From an uncultured Olsenella sp. (GTDB taxonomy: Bacteria > Actinomycetota > Coriobacteriia > Coriobacteriales > Atopobiaceae), in the NCBI GenBank assembly GCA_949290055.1, contig CASEQJ010000002.1, positions 38,010 through 102,009 of the forward strand: DNA of 64,000 nucleotides, in the 5' to 3' direction. Shown here in pieces: positions 8,849-19,103 of this stretch. Each line of letters opens with the position of its first letter. Within the stretch, counting starts at the first letter, position 1. Both the position numbers and the translations under genes were made by a program. The notes beneath the pieces were generated by a model. That model ran no database searches. It had not been told where the DNA came from and saw only the letters and a list, made by a program, of their open reading frames with translations.

Positions 8849-10252
8849 ATGGTCGCGCGGCCCCTTCCCGCTTCTTGCGAGGAGGGGCCGTCAGCGCATA
8901 CGAAGCGAGGACGTCACGTGAACACTCTTCTGACCAACACCGCCGCCCAGCGCCGCGCTCCCGTGGCTCTTCTCGGCATTCTGATCGTTGTGGTTGCGCT
9001 CTTTGGCGCGCTGGCGCTGCCGGCTCCGCGTGCCGAGGCCATGGAGGCAGTCAAGTGCACCGGCCGCCCCAACTCCGAGGATGACCCCACGGCGATCATG
9101 GGCGCCACCGAGTCGCGCATCACCTTTGAGGCCAGCATCGCCGAGGGCGAGGGCGTCACGAGCCTCACCCTGCGCCTTCCCGAGGGAACCGGCTACAGCA
9201 ACCAGAATCTTGCCGTGACGCTGCTCACGGGGGACGACCTCATGACCAGAAACGAGCTCGACTACACCGAGACCATGGACGGTCAGAGTCTCACCCTCGA
9301 CTTTGCGGAGCCCATAACCCAGGCGGGTCACCTCAACGTCATGATCTACGACGTGTTCTTCCCCGCAGAGGGTGGCGAGATGCAACTCGAGGCCACCTAC
9401 GAACTGGCCGACGGCACCGAGAAGGACATCGAGGGCATTCCGTCCATTCCGGTCGAGGGGATCTCGACCACCGAGTCCCTCTCGCAGTGGCTCGAGGAGC
9501 AGCCCTGGGTCCAGGCGTGGAACTCCAACCGGTTCCTGCACCTCTTCTTTGACCCGGCGCTTCTCGTCACGAGCTTCCCGGTGGTGCTCACCGGCTTCTT
9601 CATGTCCGTCTCGATCGTGGCCGTGGCCTTCCCGCTGGCCATTCCCATGGGCCTCCTGCTTGCGCTCATGCGCATCTCCAAGCTGCGCCTTCTGCGCGGC
9701 ATTGCCACCACCTACGTCAATATCGTCCGCGGCACGCCGCTCTTCCTGCAGATCTACGTGGCCTTCTTCGGCCTGCCGCTCGCCGGCATCCAGATTCCCA
9801 ACTTCGTGCTGGGCGTCACGGTCATGTGCATGAACTCGGGTGCCTACATGTGCGAGATCTTCCGCGCCGGCATCCTCTCCATCAGCAAGGGCCAGACCGA
9901 GGCCGCGCGCTCGCTCGGCATGAACGGCGCGCAGACCATGTTCTACGTCATACTGCCGCAGATGTTCCGGATCGTGATTCCCAACCTCACGAGCGAGTTC
10001 ATAGTCCTCTACAAGGACACGTCGCTGCTCGCCGCCGTGGGCATAATGGAGCTCGTCATGTACGCGCGCACGATCGTGGCCTCCACCGGCTCGATCACGC
10101 CCTACATTGTGGCTGCCCTGTTCTACCTGGTGATCACGCTGCCGCTCTCCAAGGTCACGCGCCACCTGGAGGACCGCGTCCGCGGCCACCGCACCCGCAA
10201 GCACGCCGTCGAGCCTGAGGCGGCCTCCGAGGAGGGAGCCTCCCATGAGTGA
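8849..10252 (+). CDS. Amino-acid ABC transporter permease with an extra ~220-aa N-terminal extracytoplasmic domain
   Basis: The C-terminal half has the His/Glu/Gln/Arg/opine permease core ([24 protein letters not shown]). The N-terminal half has a signal/TM segment ([24 protein letters not shown]) followed by an unrecognised domain. An alternative GTG start at 8918 is plausible. Confidence 0.8.
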   Translation: MVARPLPASCEEGPSAHTKRGRHVNTLLTNTAAQRRAPVALLGILIVVVALFGALALPAPRAEAMEAVKCTGRPNSEDDPTAIMGATESRITFEASIAEGEGVTSLTLRLPEGTGYSNQNLAVTLLTGDDLMTRNELDYTETMDGQSLTLDFAEPITQAGHLNVMIYDVFFPAEGGEMQLEATYELADGTEKDIEGIPSIPVEGISTTESLSQWLEEQPWVQAWNSNRFLHLFFDPALLVTSFPVVLTGFFMSVSIVAVAFPLAIPMGLLLALMRISKLRLLRGIATTYVNIVRGTPLFLQIYVAFFGLPLAGIQIPNFVLGVTVMCMNSGAYMCEIFRAGILSISKGQTEAARSLGMNGAQTMFYVILPQMFRIVIPNLTSEFIVLYKDTSLLAAVGIMELVMYARTIVASTGSITPYIVAALFYLVITLPLSKVTRHLEDRVRGHRTRKHAVEPEAASEEGASHE

Positions 10253-10997
10253 CGCCACCTTGACCGACGAGCCGATCCTGCGCATTGTCGACCTCCACAA
10301 GAGCTTCGGCGAGACCGTGGTCCTGCGGGGGATCGACATTGACATACACCGCGGCGAGGTCGTGGTCGTGCTCGGCCCGTCCGGCTCGGGCAAGTCCACC
10401 ATGCTGCGCTGCCTGAACCGCCTCGAGGAGCCCACGAGCGGCAAGATCGTCTTCGAGGGGCAGGACATAACCGGCCCCAAGACCGACGTCAACGACGTCC
10501 GCAAGCGCATGGGCATGGTGTTCCAGCAGTTCAACCTGTTCCCGCACCTTGACGCCCTGCACAACGTCATGCTCGCCCAGCAGAAGGTGCTGGGCCGCTC
10601 CGCCGCGGAGGCCGAGAAGGTCGCCCGCGAGCAGCTGGCCCGCGTCGGCCTCGCCGAGCGCGCCGACTACTACCCCGACGAGCTCTCCGGCGGCCAGCAG
10701 CAGCGCGTGGCGATTGCCCGCGCCCTCGCCATGGAGCCGCACGTCATGCTCTTCGACGAGGCCACGAGCGCGCTCGACCCGGAGCTCGTGCGCGGCGTCC
10801 TCGACGTCATGCGCGAGCTCGCCGAGCAGGGCATGACCATGGTCGTCGTGACGCACGAAATGGGCTTTGCGCGCGACGTCGCCGACCGCGTGATCTTCAT
10901 GGAGGGCGGCTACGTCGTGGAGGAGGGCACGCCCGAACAGCTCTTCGAGCACCCCAAGAGCCCCCGCACCGCGGAGTTCCTCGGCAGCATAGACTGA
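10245..10997 (+). CDS. Amino-acid ABC transporter ATP-binding protein (GlnQ-like)
   Basis: Walker [10 protein letters not shown], signature [15 protein letters not shown], Walker [12 protein letters not shown]. It overlaps the permease stop by 8 nt. Confidence 0.95.
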   Translation: MSDATLTDEPILRIVDLHKSFGETVVLRGIDIDIHRGEVVVVLGPSGSGKSTMLRCLNRLEEPTSGKIVFEGQDITGPKTDVNDVRKRMGMVFQQFNLFPHLDALHNVMLAQQKVLGRSAAEAEKVAREQLARVGLAERADYYPDELSGGQQQRVAIARALAMEPHVMLFDEATSALDPELVRGVLDVMRELAEQGMTMVVVTHEMGFARDVADRVIFMEGGYVVEEGTPEQLFEHPKSPRTAEFLGSID

Positions 10998-11028
10998 CCG
11001 CCCAGCCAGGCCGTCGGGACATTCCTCC

Positions 11029-11144
11029 GAGAAGTGCGCTGCGCGAAACTTCTCTCCGGAACATCGGGACGGCCGACGTAGGCCCTTCGACGCTCCGGAA
11101 GGAAGTTCCGCGAAGCGCACTTCCTGGAGGAGCGTCGAAGGGCC
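11029..11144. repeat. Two REP-like nested hairpins downstream of the ABC operon (same core as 4685-4744)
   Basis: At 11029-11054, GAGAAGTGCGCTGCGCGAAACTTCTC is the reverse complement of the 4.7-kb core with 1 mismatch. At 11081-11144, an outer stem GGCCCTTCGACGCTCC/GGAGCGTCGAAGGGCC encloses GGAAGTTCCGCGAAGCGCACTTCC. Confidence 0.7.
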
Positions 11145-11214
11145 CCTCGTGCGCGCAGGGATTGTTGTGGTAACATGCTCATATTCATGCTGATGCTTTG
11201 GGAGGGGCCTCAGG

Positions 11215-11889
11215 ATGCACCATAAGAACATCCTGCTCGTTTCAGCCACGACGCGCCTGCACGACCGCATGCGCGAGCTCTCGCACGCGATCGACGTCTC
11301 GATCGCGCTCGCGAACGAGGAGACCTTCCCGCAGGCCGTGTCCTCGGGACATGAGTTCGACCTCGTCATTCTCGACGGCGAGGGCATGAGCCAGGACCTC
11401 CTCAACGCCGTCGACTCGTTCGTGGCGGAGAACGGCTTCATGCCGCGCCTGCTCGTCCAGGACCCGGACAAGCTGGCCACGCTCCACATGCCCACGCAGG
11501 GCACCAACGACTTCATTCTCTCCACCGCCGGCGCCGCCGAGTTTGAGCTGCGCTGCACCCTGCTTCTGTGGCCGGGGGAGGAGAGCGCGCCCGCCGACAT
11601 CGTCACGATCGACAACATGACGATCAACCTCGCCACCTACCAGGTCTACATAGACGAGCGTCCCGTCGACCTCACGCTCATGGAGTACTCGCTGCTGTCG
11701 TTTCTCGCCACGCACCCCTCCCGCGCCTACTCGCGCGAGACGCTGCTTCACCGCGTCTGGGGCTTCGAGTACTGCGGCGGCACCCGCACCGTCGACGTCC
11801 ACATTCGCCGCGTCCGCTCCAAGGTGGGGCCGCAGGTCGCTAGCCACATCGTCACCATTCGCGGCGTGGGCTACCTCTTCCGCATATAG
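11215..11889 (+). CDS. OmpR-family winged-helix regulator with a degenerate receiver domain (orphan, GlnR-like)
   Basis: C-terminal wHTH (LTLMEYSLLSFLATHP...VWGFEY...RTVDVHIRRVRSKV...IVTIRGVGYLF). The receiver lacks the acidic pair (ILLVSATT) and the conserved T/K positions but keeps one Asp (DLVILDGEG). No histidine kinase is adjacent. Confidence 0.8.
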   Translation: MHHKNILLVSATTRLHDRMRELSHAIDVSIALANEETFPQAVSSGHEFDLVILDGEGMSQDLLNAVDSFVAENGFMPRLLVQDPDKLATLHMPTQGTNDFILSTAGAAEFELRCTLLLWPGEESAPADIVTIDNMTINLATYQVYIDERPVDLTLMEYSLLSFLATHPSRAYSRETLLHRVWGFEYCGGTRTVDVHIRRVRSKVGPQVASHIVTIRGVGYLFRI

Positions 11890-12110
11890 TCGAGAGAGCC
11901 GCCCCCTTGCGGTTCGCGGGGTGCCCGTGCGCGAACTGGTGACCTATGGCGCGTGAGACGGGCGGGTGAGAAGAGCTTTCAGGAAGCGGAAAGCAACGTG
12001 TCCGAGAGGTGTCAAACCCCGGACTCGAGAATCCGGTGCGGAGCTTTGGGTACATTCGACCTCGGAAGGAAAACCCCGTCGTTTGACGGCGTTCGAGGAA
12101 AGAAGGAAAC

Positions 12111-13469
12111 ATGACCGAGTATCCCTACGGTGCCCCTGCGTCGCAGGGACCGAGCCAGCCGACGGAGCAGCGCCCGACGCCGCCCGCGACCGGCCACATG
12201 GGCGGCGACCAGCCGCAGACCCCGCCGAACTTCTCGCCCGAGAAGCCCAAGAAGGAGAAGAAGCCGCGCCGCACCCTGAAGACCCTGCTCGTGGGCCTGC
12301 TGGGTGGCGTGCTGGGCGCCGGTGCCCTCACGGGCGTCCTCATGCTGACGGGCCTTGTTGGTCCCGCGAGCACGCAGGTCGTGAGCGGTGACGCCACGCA
12401 GCAGATCACGATCGACCCGGCGGACGAGGACACCACGGTCGCCAACGCCGTCGCCGCCAAGGCGCTGCCGTCCGTCGTCACGGTCTACTGCACCTTCCCC
12501 GAGGGCGAGGGCATGGGCTCCGGCGTCATCTACGACACCGACGGCAACATAATCACCAACAACCACGTGATCGAGGACGCCGAGAGCATTTCCGTCTCCT
12601 ACAACGGCAAGAGCTACGACGCCACCCTCATGGGCACCGACCCGTCGAGCGACGTTGCCGTGATCCATGTGGACTTTGGCGGCGACGAGGTGACCCCGAT
12701 TGAGCACGGCGACTCCGACGCGCTGCAGGTCGGTGACTGGGTCATGAGCGTGGGCAGCCCGTTTGGCCTGGAGAACTCCGTCTCCCAGGGCATTGTCTCG
12801 GCGCTCTCGCGCTCCACACTGCTCGAGAACTCGACCGGCAACACCCTCTACACCAACCTGATTCAGACCGACGCCACGATCAACCCTGGCAACTCCGGCG
12901 GCGCGCTCGTCGACGCCGAGGGCAAGCTCGTGGGTATCTGCACGCTCTTCTCCTCCGACACGGAGAGCTTCGCGGGCATTGGCTACGCCATTCCGGGCAA
13001 CTATGCCATGGAGATCGCCGACAAGGTGATCGCCGGCGAGACGGTCACTCACGCCTACATCGGCCTCTCCATGCAGACCGTGACCGCCGCCAATGCGCTG
13101 CGCAACGGACTTTCCGTGGAGGAGGGCGCCTACGTCGTCGAGGTCACCGAAGGCAGCCCGGCGGCAGAGGCGGGAATCGAGGTCGGCGACGTCATCACCA
13201 GCATTGGCGGCGAGGCGATCTCCTCGGCCGACGGCGCCATCCTCGCCGTGCGCTCCCATGACATCGGCGACACCGTCGAGGTGGTCGTCATGCGTGGAGA
13301 CCAGGAGAGGACCTTCGAGGTGACCCTCGGCTCCGATGAGGCGCTTCAGCAGGAGCAGACCAGCGAGGAGGAGACCGTGAACCTCAACGGCCAGGAGATT
13401 AGCGTCGAGGACCTCATGCGCCTCTACGAGCAGTACCAGCAGGAGCGCAGCAATCCCTTCGGACGCTAG
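12111..13469 (+). CDS. HtrA/DegP-family trypsin-like serine protease with PDZ domain
   Basis: Pro-rich N-terminus plus a TM segment. Triad contexts NNHVI, SSDVAVIHV and GNSGGALVD. C-terminal PDZ-like segment (GAYVVEVTEGSPAAEAGIEVGDVITSIGG). Confidence 0.9.
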   Translation: MTEYPYGAPASQGPSQPTEQRPTPPATGHMGGDQPQTPPNFSPEKPKKEKKPRRTLKTLLVGLLGGVLGAGALTGVLMLTGLVGPASTQVVSGDATQQITIDPADEDTTVANAVAAKALPSVVTVYCTFPEGEGMGSGVIYDTDGNIITNNHVIEDAESISVSYNGKSYDATLMGTDPSSDVAVIHVDFGGDEVTPIEHGDSDALQVGDWVMSVGSPFGLENSVSQGIVSALSRSTLLENSTGNTLYTNLIQTDATINPGNSGGALVDAEGKLVGICTLFSSDTESFAGIGYAIPGNYAMEIADKVIAGETVTHAYIGLSMQTVTAANALRNGLSVEEGAYVVEVTEGSPAAEAGIEVGDVITSIGGEAISSADGAILAVRSHDIGDTVEVVVMRGDQERTFEVTLGSDEALQQEQTSEEETVNLNGQEISVEDLMRLYEQYQQERSNPFGR

Positions 13470-13495
13470 TCCGAGGACGGGATCGACGACTCGTA

Positions 13496-13527
13496 GGCCC
13501 CGCGGCACGCGCCGCGGGGCCTTTTTT
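13496..13527 (+). terminator. Rho-independent terminator after htrA-like gene
   Basis: GGCCCCGCGG-loop-CCGCGGGGCC followed by TTTTTT. Confidence 0.8.
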
Positions 13528-13768
13528 CGGGCCGAGGGGCCGTGCGGGGGACGGTTTTCTGGTTATGTACACCCATTGCGGAGAGTCGATGTAGGGACAG
13601 TGCAACTACCTGCGGATTTGTGGCCGTCTCATTTCTGCGAGCGTCGAGCAGGTGTACATAACCGGAGCTGTAGACGAACGTCGTCCAACAGGACCTGACC
13701 CCATTTAGGCAATTTGTGTCCGGAGGGTTGGGTAAGCTGGTCTCAGAACAAGTCGAACGGAGGATTCC

Positions 13769-15127
13769 ATGGCTGAGATCAGGTGCCCGCACTGCGGCGA
13801 GGTGTTCCAGGTAGACGAGACCGAGTACGCGCAGATCGTGCGGCAGGTGCGCGACGCTGAGTTCACGCGCGAACTCAAGGCGCGCGAGCACATGGCCGAG
13901 CGCGAGCGCGCGAGCGCCGTCGAGGCGGCGGTGGCTCGCGCGCGCCAGGAGGCGCTTGCCGACGCCGCCCAGAAGGACGCCGAGATCTCCCGGCTCAAGG
14001 CCCGCGTCAAGGAGGGGGACGACGCCCTCGCCCTCGAGCGCGCCCAGGCCGAGAAGAGCCTCGCGGAGCGGCTCTCCGAGCGGGAGCGTCAGATTGCGCA
14101 GCTTGAGGCCAAGCTCAGGGCCCGCGAGGAGTCCTTTGCCACTGAGAAGGCGCTCGCGGTCAGCGAGGCTACGGGCGAGCAGGGTCAGCGCATTATCGAG
14201 CTCGAGGGCGACCTGCGCGCCGCGCAGCTCGAGCGCGAGCAGGTGGAGGCGTCGCTCAAGCGGCAAATGGCCGAGCAGGCGAGCTTCAAGGACCAGACCA
14301 TTCGCGACCGCGAGGACGAGATCGAGCGCCTGCGCAACCAGCGCGCGCGTCTGTCCACCAAGCTCATTGGCGAGACGCTCGAGCAGCACTGCGAGATGGA
14401 GTTCAACCGCTGGCGCTCGCTGGGGTTCCGCGGCGCCGAGTTCCACAAGGACAACGACGTCGTGGGCGGCTCCAAGGGCGACTACGTCTTCCGCGAGGTC
14501 GACGAGGACAACGTCGAGATCGTCTCGATCATGTTTGAGATGAAGAACGAGGACGACGCCTCGGCTTCGTCCAACCGCCACAAGAACGCGGACTTCTTCA
14601 AGAAGCTCGACCAGGACCGGCGCAATAAGGGCTGCGAGTACGCGGTACTCGTCTCCATGCTCGAGCCCGAGAGCGAGCTCTACAACTCGGGAATCGTCGA
14701 CGTGTCCTACGAGTACGAGAAGATGTACGTCATCCGGCCCCAGTTCTTCATTCCCATGATCACGCTGCTGAGAAACGCCGCGGAGAACGCCCACGCCTAT
14801 CGGCGCGAGCTCGCCGAGGTTCGTCAGCAGAACATTGACGTCACCAACTTCGAGAACGCGCTCGAGAAGTTCAAGGACGGCTTTGGCAAGAACTACGCGA
14901 CGGCGAGCAAGAAGTTCGGTGACGCGATCGACGAGATCGACAAGGCCATAGCGCGCCTCCAGAAGGTCAAGGAGGACCTGACCTCCTCGGAGCGGCAGCT
15001 GCGCTTTGCCAACGACAAGGCCGAGGCGCTGACCATTCGCAAGCTCACCTACAAGAACCCCACCATGCGCGAGAAGTTCAACGAGGCCCGGGCCCTGGGC
15101 GAGGGAGGGGAGGAGTCTAGCTCCTGA
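13769..15127 (+). CDS. DUF2130 domain protein (Zn-ribbon + coiled coil + PD-(D/E)xK-like core)
   Basis: [29 protein letters not shown] is the typical DUF2130 N-terminus. A long E/R/A-rich coiled coil follows. The C-terminal part has GDYVFREV...[11 protein letters not shown] (D...E-x-K pattern). Confidence 0.8.
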   Translation: MAEIRCPHCGEVFQVDETEYAQIVRQVRDAEFTRELKAREHMAERERASAVEAAVARARQEALADAAQKDAEISRLKARVKEGDDALALERAQAEKSLAERLSERERQIAQLEAKLRAREESFATEKALAVSEATGEQGQRIIELEGDLRAAQLEREQVEASLKRQMAEQASFKDQTIRDREDEIERLRNQRARLSTKLIGETLEQHCEMEFNRWRSLGFRGAEFHKDNDVVGGSKGDYVFREVDEDNVEIVSIMFEMKNEDDASASSNRHKNADFFKKLDQDRRNKGCEYAVLVSMLEPESELYNSGIVDVSYEYEKMYVIRPQFFIPMITLLRNAAENAHAYRRELAEVRQQNIDVTNFENALEKFKDGFGKNYATASKKFGDAIDEIDKAIARLQKVKEDLTSSERQLRFANDKAEALTIRKLTYKNPTMREKFNEARALGEGGEESSS

Positions 15128-16886
15128 GGGCGCGAAGCGCGTCGTTCGTGACGCCCTCGACCGTGAGGCTGCAGCGGGCGAGAAGCTCGGCGGGCTCGTA
15201 GCGGTCGACGTAGGCGCGCGGCAGGCCGTAGCAGAGCACGCGCACGTCGTCGGCGGCAAGCTCTCGGGCGCAGCGCTCGCCAAAGCCGCCGTCGAGGACG
15301 CCGTCCTCGAGGGTCACGATCACGCGGTGCCCGTCCGCAAGCCGCCCGAGCAGGTCCTTGTCGGGCGTGGTGGCAAGGCGGGGGTTGACGAGCGTCGCGT
15401 GGAAGCCGTGCTCGGCCAGCGAGTCCGCGATCTTCTCGCCCAGGGGAAGGAAGTCGCCGAGGGCGAGAAGCGCCACGTCGGAGCCCTCCTGCAGGACCTC
15501 GCAGCCATGCGCGTAGTCGTCCGCGCGCACGAAGTCCGGCCGCGACACGACGCCCTCGGCGACGGGGACGCGAATCGCCACCGGGCCTCCCTCATGCTCG
15601 ATCGACCAGGAGAGCATGTCGAGGTACTCCTCTATGCAGGTGGGGGCGAGGTAGGTGAGGCGCGGCAGGGAGCCGAGCATGGGAATGTCAAAGAATCCGA
15701 GGTGAGTGACGTCGGAGGTGCCAAAGACGGAGGCGCCGAAGACGAGAATGGTCACGGAGAGGTCGTTCAGGCAGAGGTCGTGCCAGAGCTGGTCGTAGGC
15801 GCGCTGCAGGAAGGTGGCGTAGATTCCGAGCACGGGACGCGCGCCGCCGCGCGCAAGGCCGCACACGTAGCTCACGGCATGCTCCTCGGCTATGCCGACG
15901 TCAACGAATCGCGGGCCCGCAAGCTGGCGGAGCTCGGGGGTGAAGCCCATTATGTAGGGGGTCGCGGCATTCACCGCGACGACGCGCGAATCGGTCCCCA
16001 TCCAGTCCATGAGCAGCGCGCCGGTGACGTTGGCGTAGTTCTCGTCGGCCGGGTGCGACGCGGTCCCGGGGCGAATGACCCCCGTGTCAACCTGGAACGG
16101 GACGGCATGGTGCCAGCCCTCGGGGTTTGCGGCGGCGGGAGCGTAACCGTGGCCCTTCTCGGTGTGAATGTGGAGAACCGCCGGGTGGTCGGTGCCGCGC
16201 AGCTCGGAGAGGGCCTTGACGAGCGCGGAGACGTCGTGGCCGTCCTCGAGGTAGCGGTAGTCGAGCCCGAGGGCGCGGAACACGTTGTCGGGAGAGGTCC
16301 CGCCGCTCGCGCGCAGCTCAGCGAGGGAGCGGTAGATCCCGCCGTGGTTGGGCGCGATCGACCACTCGTTGTCGTTCACCACGATTATGAGGCCGCTGCC
16401 AAGCTCGGCGGCGTTGTCCAGTCCCTCGAAGGCGAGGCCGCCGGAGAGCGACCCGTCGCCGATCACGGCGACCACGTCGTACTTCTCGCCCGCAAGGTCG
16501 CGCGCCGAGGCAAGGCCGCAGGCGAGGCTCACCGAGGTGGACGTGTGGCCCATGGAGAAGAGGTCGTGCTCGGACTCGGAGGGGTTGGAGAACCCCGAGA
16601 CCTCGCCGTAGCGCGCCGGGTCGAGATAGGCCGCGGCGCGTCCGGTGAGCATTTTGTGCGCGTAGGACTGGTGGGAGACGTCAAACACGATCTTGTCGCG
16701 CGGCGTCTCGAAGACGCGGTGCAGGGCGACGGTGAGCTCGACGGTGGCGAGGTTCGAGGCGGTGTGGCCGCCGGTCACCGAGGTGCTCTCGACGATCGCG
16801 GTGCGCACCTCGCTGACGAGCGCGGGCAGCGCGGACTCCGGAAGGGCGCGCACGTCCTCGGGCGAGCTGATGTGCTCGAGATACAT
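15117..16886 (-). CDS. dxs: 1-deoxy-D-xylulose-5-phosphate synthase
   Basis: [16 protein letters not shown]...[21 protein letters not shown]...[13 protein letters not shown] and the TPP motif [17 protein letters not shown]-like ([18 protein letters not shown]). The start is taken at ATG 16886 rather than the ORF-track 16931. Confidence 0.9.
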   Translation of the reverse strand: MYLEHISSPEDVRALPESALPALVSEVRTAIVESTSVTGGHTASNLATVELTVALHRVFETPRDKIVFDVSHQSYAHKMLTGRAAAYLDPARYGEVSGFSNPSESEHDLFSMGHTSTSVSLACGLASARDLAGEKYDVVAVIGDGSLSGGLAFEGLDNAAELGSGLIIVVNDNEWSIAPNHGGIYRSLAELRASGGTSPDNVFRALGLDYRYLEDGHDVSALVKALSELRGTDHPAVLHIHTEKGHGYAPAAANPEGWHHAVPFQVDTGVIRPGTASHPADENYANVTGALLMDWMGTDSRVVAVNAATPYIMGFTPELRQLAGPRFVDVGIAEEHAVSYVCGLARGGARPVLGIYATFLQRAYDQLWHDLCLNDLSVTILVFGASVFGTSDVTHLGFFDIPMLGSLPRLTYLAPTCIEEYLDMLSWSIEHEGGPVAIRVPVAEGVVSRPDFVRADDYAHGCEVLQEGSDVALLALGDFLPLGEKIADSLAEHGFHATLVNPRLATTPDKDLLGRLADGHRVIVTLEDGVLDGGFGERCARELAADDVRVLCYGLPRAYVDRYEPAELLARCSLTVEGVTNDALRALRS

Positions 16887-17034
16887 TGCCCCCTCCTCAC
16901 TCGAATCGTCGCTTGTCTTACAGCATCTCACATTTTCAGCCCGAAGTTGTGTCGCATCTGCGGAATGGCCCCCGCGAGCGCCGCGCTCGCGACACCGCTA
17001 CACTGTGCATATGACTGCGACCTGGGAGGGACCC

Positions 17035-17889
17035 ATGCCGAAGATCGTTATCACCGCCGAGACCGGATGCGACATTCCCGCCGCTGAGGCGGCCGAGCTG
17101 GGCGTCGTGCTCGTTCCCATGCATGTTACGCTGGGCGACAAGACCATAGACGACGGCGAGCTCTCCTCTGCGGAAATGCTCGAGCGGTGCCGCCAGCTCG
17201 GTGTGCTCCCCAAGACGAGCGGCTGCATGCCCGTCGACTTCCAGCGCGTCTTCGACCGAATCCACGAGGAGGACCCCGAGGCCCAGATCCTGCACGTGGC
17301 GTACTCGGCGGCGACGACCTGCTCGCTCGAGTCCGCCCTCGCCGCCGCCGAGGGCCGCGACTACGTGGCGACGCTCGACACCGCGCACGTGACGGTGGGG
17401 CAGGGTCTTGTCGTGCGCGAGCTCGTCGCCTGGCTGCGAGAGCACCCCGAGGCGACGCTCGGGGAGGCGCGCGAGCATGCCCTCGGCGTCGCCGCACGCA
17501 CCCGCATGGCGTTTCTCCCGGGCGACCTCGGCTACCTGCGAGCGGGTGGCCGCCTCTCCAACGTGGCCTTCCTCGGTGCGACGTTGCTCAAGATCAAGCC
17601 GGTGGTGGAGCTTCTGGACGGCAAGCTCGTCGCCACGAAGAAGCTGCGCGGCTCCATGACCTCCGCAGCGATAGCGCTCATTGACTACCTTGCGCTGCGC
17701 GAGGAGTTCGACCCTGTGCGCGTCGTCTTCGTGAAGTCCCCCGGTCTTCCCGAGCAGGTCCAGTCAGCCGCCACCGAGCACGCGCGCGCCCTTGGCTTCG
17801 AGCGCGTGGAGTGGTACGACACGGGCAACGTGATCACCTCGCACTGCGGCCCCGGTGCCCTCGGCGTCGCCTTCCTCGTGAGGCAGTAG
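17035..17889 (+). CDS. DegV family fatty-acid-binding protein
   Basis: MPKIVITAETGCDIP... and a length of ~285 aa are typical of DegV. The ORF-track start at 16693 lies antisense inside dxs and is rejected. Confidence 0.8.
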   Translation: MPKIVITAETGCDIPAAEAAELGVVLVPMHVTLGDKTIDDGELSSAEMLERCRQLGVLPKTSGCMPVDFQRVFDRIHEEDPEAQILHVAYSAATTCSLESALAAAEGRDYVATLDTAHVTVGQGLVVRELVAWLREHPEATLGEAREHALGVAARTRMAFLPGDLGYLRAGGRLSNVAFLGATLLKIKPVVELLDGKLVATKKLRGSMTSAAIALIDYLALREEFDPVRVVFVKSPGLPEQVQSAATEHARALGFERVEWYDTGNVITSHCGPGALGVAFLVRQ

Positions 17890-17918
17890 CGCGCTCCCAA
17901 ATTACCCCTGATTGATCC

Positions 17919-17967
17919 TTGATTAGAACAGTTGTTCTAGTATAGACTAGAACAGAACAAACGTTCT
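17919..17967 (+). promoter_or_regulatory. Near-consensus promoter (TTGATT-N16-TATAGA) overlapped by two GAAC-N4-GTTC palindromes (LexA/Cheo-box-like)
   Basis: TAGAACAGTTGTTCTA at 17924-17939 fills the promoter spacer. AGAACAAACGTTCT at 17954-17967 lies just downstream of the -10. An AAGGAGGG SD precedes the GTG start at 17985. Confidence 0.6.
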
Positions 17968-17984
17968 AATTCAAGGAGGGCACT

Positions 17985-19103
17985 GTGGACGAGCTACAGC
18001 GTGTCGACGAACTCTACGAGCGGGTTTCTCTCCTTATTGAACGCTCTCGGGAGCGTGCTCGGACCGCAATCAACGTCTCCATGGTCTACGCCTACTTCGA
18101 GATAGGGCGCATGATCGTTGAGGTGGAGCAAGGGGGAAGCCGGAGGGCGGAGTACGGGAAAGCGGTGCTCAAGGGGCTTGCGCAGCGGCTGACCGCGCGC
18201 TTTGGCAGGGGATACTCGGAGGATAACCTCAAGCTTATGAGGCGCTTCTATCTCGTCTATTCCGAGGACGAGATTGGGGAAACACCGTTTACCAAATTCA
18301 AGGGTCTCCCCAAGACGAGCACGGGCCGCTCATTCTACCTTAGCTGGTCCCATTACCTTCTGCTCATGCGTATCAGTAACGTCGAGGAGCGCCATTTCTA
18401 TGAAATTGAGGCGGCTCGCAACGGCTGGAGTCTCTCAGAGTTGAACCGTCAGCGAGACAGCTCGCTCTACGAGCGGCTTGCCCTCAGTCGAGACAGGGAC
18501 GAGGTGTGGCGTCTCTCGCAAGAGGGTCAAGTGGTCGAGCGCCCCGAGGACCTCGTCAAAGACCCTTACGTTCTCGAGTTTCTCGGGCTGCCAGAGTCCC
18601 CTGGGCTCTCCGAGTCGGAGCTCGAATCTCGCATCATTGCTCAGCTTGAGACGTTTCTGCTGGAAATGGGAACGGGATTCACCTTTGTGGAGCGGCAGGC
18701 GAGGCTCACCTTCGAAGAAGACCACTTTTATGTCGACCTGGTCTTTTTCAACAGGATTCTGAGATGCTTCGTTCTAGTTGATTTAAAAATGGGAAAGCTC
18801 CGGCATCAGGACATTGGGCAGATGCAGATGTATGTGAACTATTACGACCGCAAGGTGAAGCTGCCAGACGAAGCTCCCACGATAGGAATTGTCCTTTGCA
18901 AGGACAAGAAGGACTCGGTGGTTGAAATGACCCTTCCGGAGGGTCGGCAGCACATTTTCGCGAGTGCGTACCAAACGGTGCTTCCACGGAAGGAGGACCT
19001 TGTGCGACTGCTCGAGGAGGGTGAGTCTCTAGGCTTGGCGCGCGAGCACTCGTCTACGCGCGGGCGGCTCCCCACACGCTACAATTGCGAGCGGACAACG
19101 TGA
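17985..19103 (+). CDS. YhcG-like PDDEXK nuclease domain protein (DUF1016)
   Basis: 372 aa. N-terminus ...INVSMVYAYFEIGRMIVEVEQGG..RAEYGKAVLKGLAQRL and C-terminus FYVDLVFFNRILRCFVLVDLKMGKL..QDIGQMQMYVNYYD are typical of DUF1016. The gene is visibly less GC-rich than its flanks. Confidence 0.85.
   Translation: MDELQRVDELYERVSLLIERSRERARTAINVSMVYAYFEIGRMIVEVEQGGSRRAEYGKAVLKGLAQRLTARFGRGYSEDNLKLMRRFYLVYSEDEIGETPFTKFKGLPKTSTGRSFYLSWSHYLLLMRISNVEERHFYEIEAARNGWSLSELNRQRDSSLYERLALSRDRDEVWRLSQEGQVVERPEDLVKDPYVLEFLGLPESPGLSESELESRIIAQLETFLLEMGTGFTFVERQARLTFEEDHFYVDLVFFNRILRCFVLVDLKMGKLRHQDIGQMQMYVNYYDRKVKLPDEAPTIGIVLCKDKKDSVVEMTLPEGRQHIFASAYQTVLPRKEDLVRLLEEGESLGLAREHSSTRGRLPTRYNCERTT

Noticed and set aside
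16693-17034. ORF-track N-terminal extension of the DegV gene (start 16693). There are similar over-long starts for the SBP (7751), LOG (21798), lysA (61322), fructokinase (25497), GH1 (28997), EamA (30158), amylosucrase (38162) and glycosylase (23228).
   Set aside because: The extensions overlap neighbouring genes or intergenic repeats, and they lack family-typical sequence. Internal Met codons preceded by SD sequences coincide with the canonical family N-termini.
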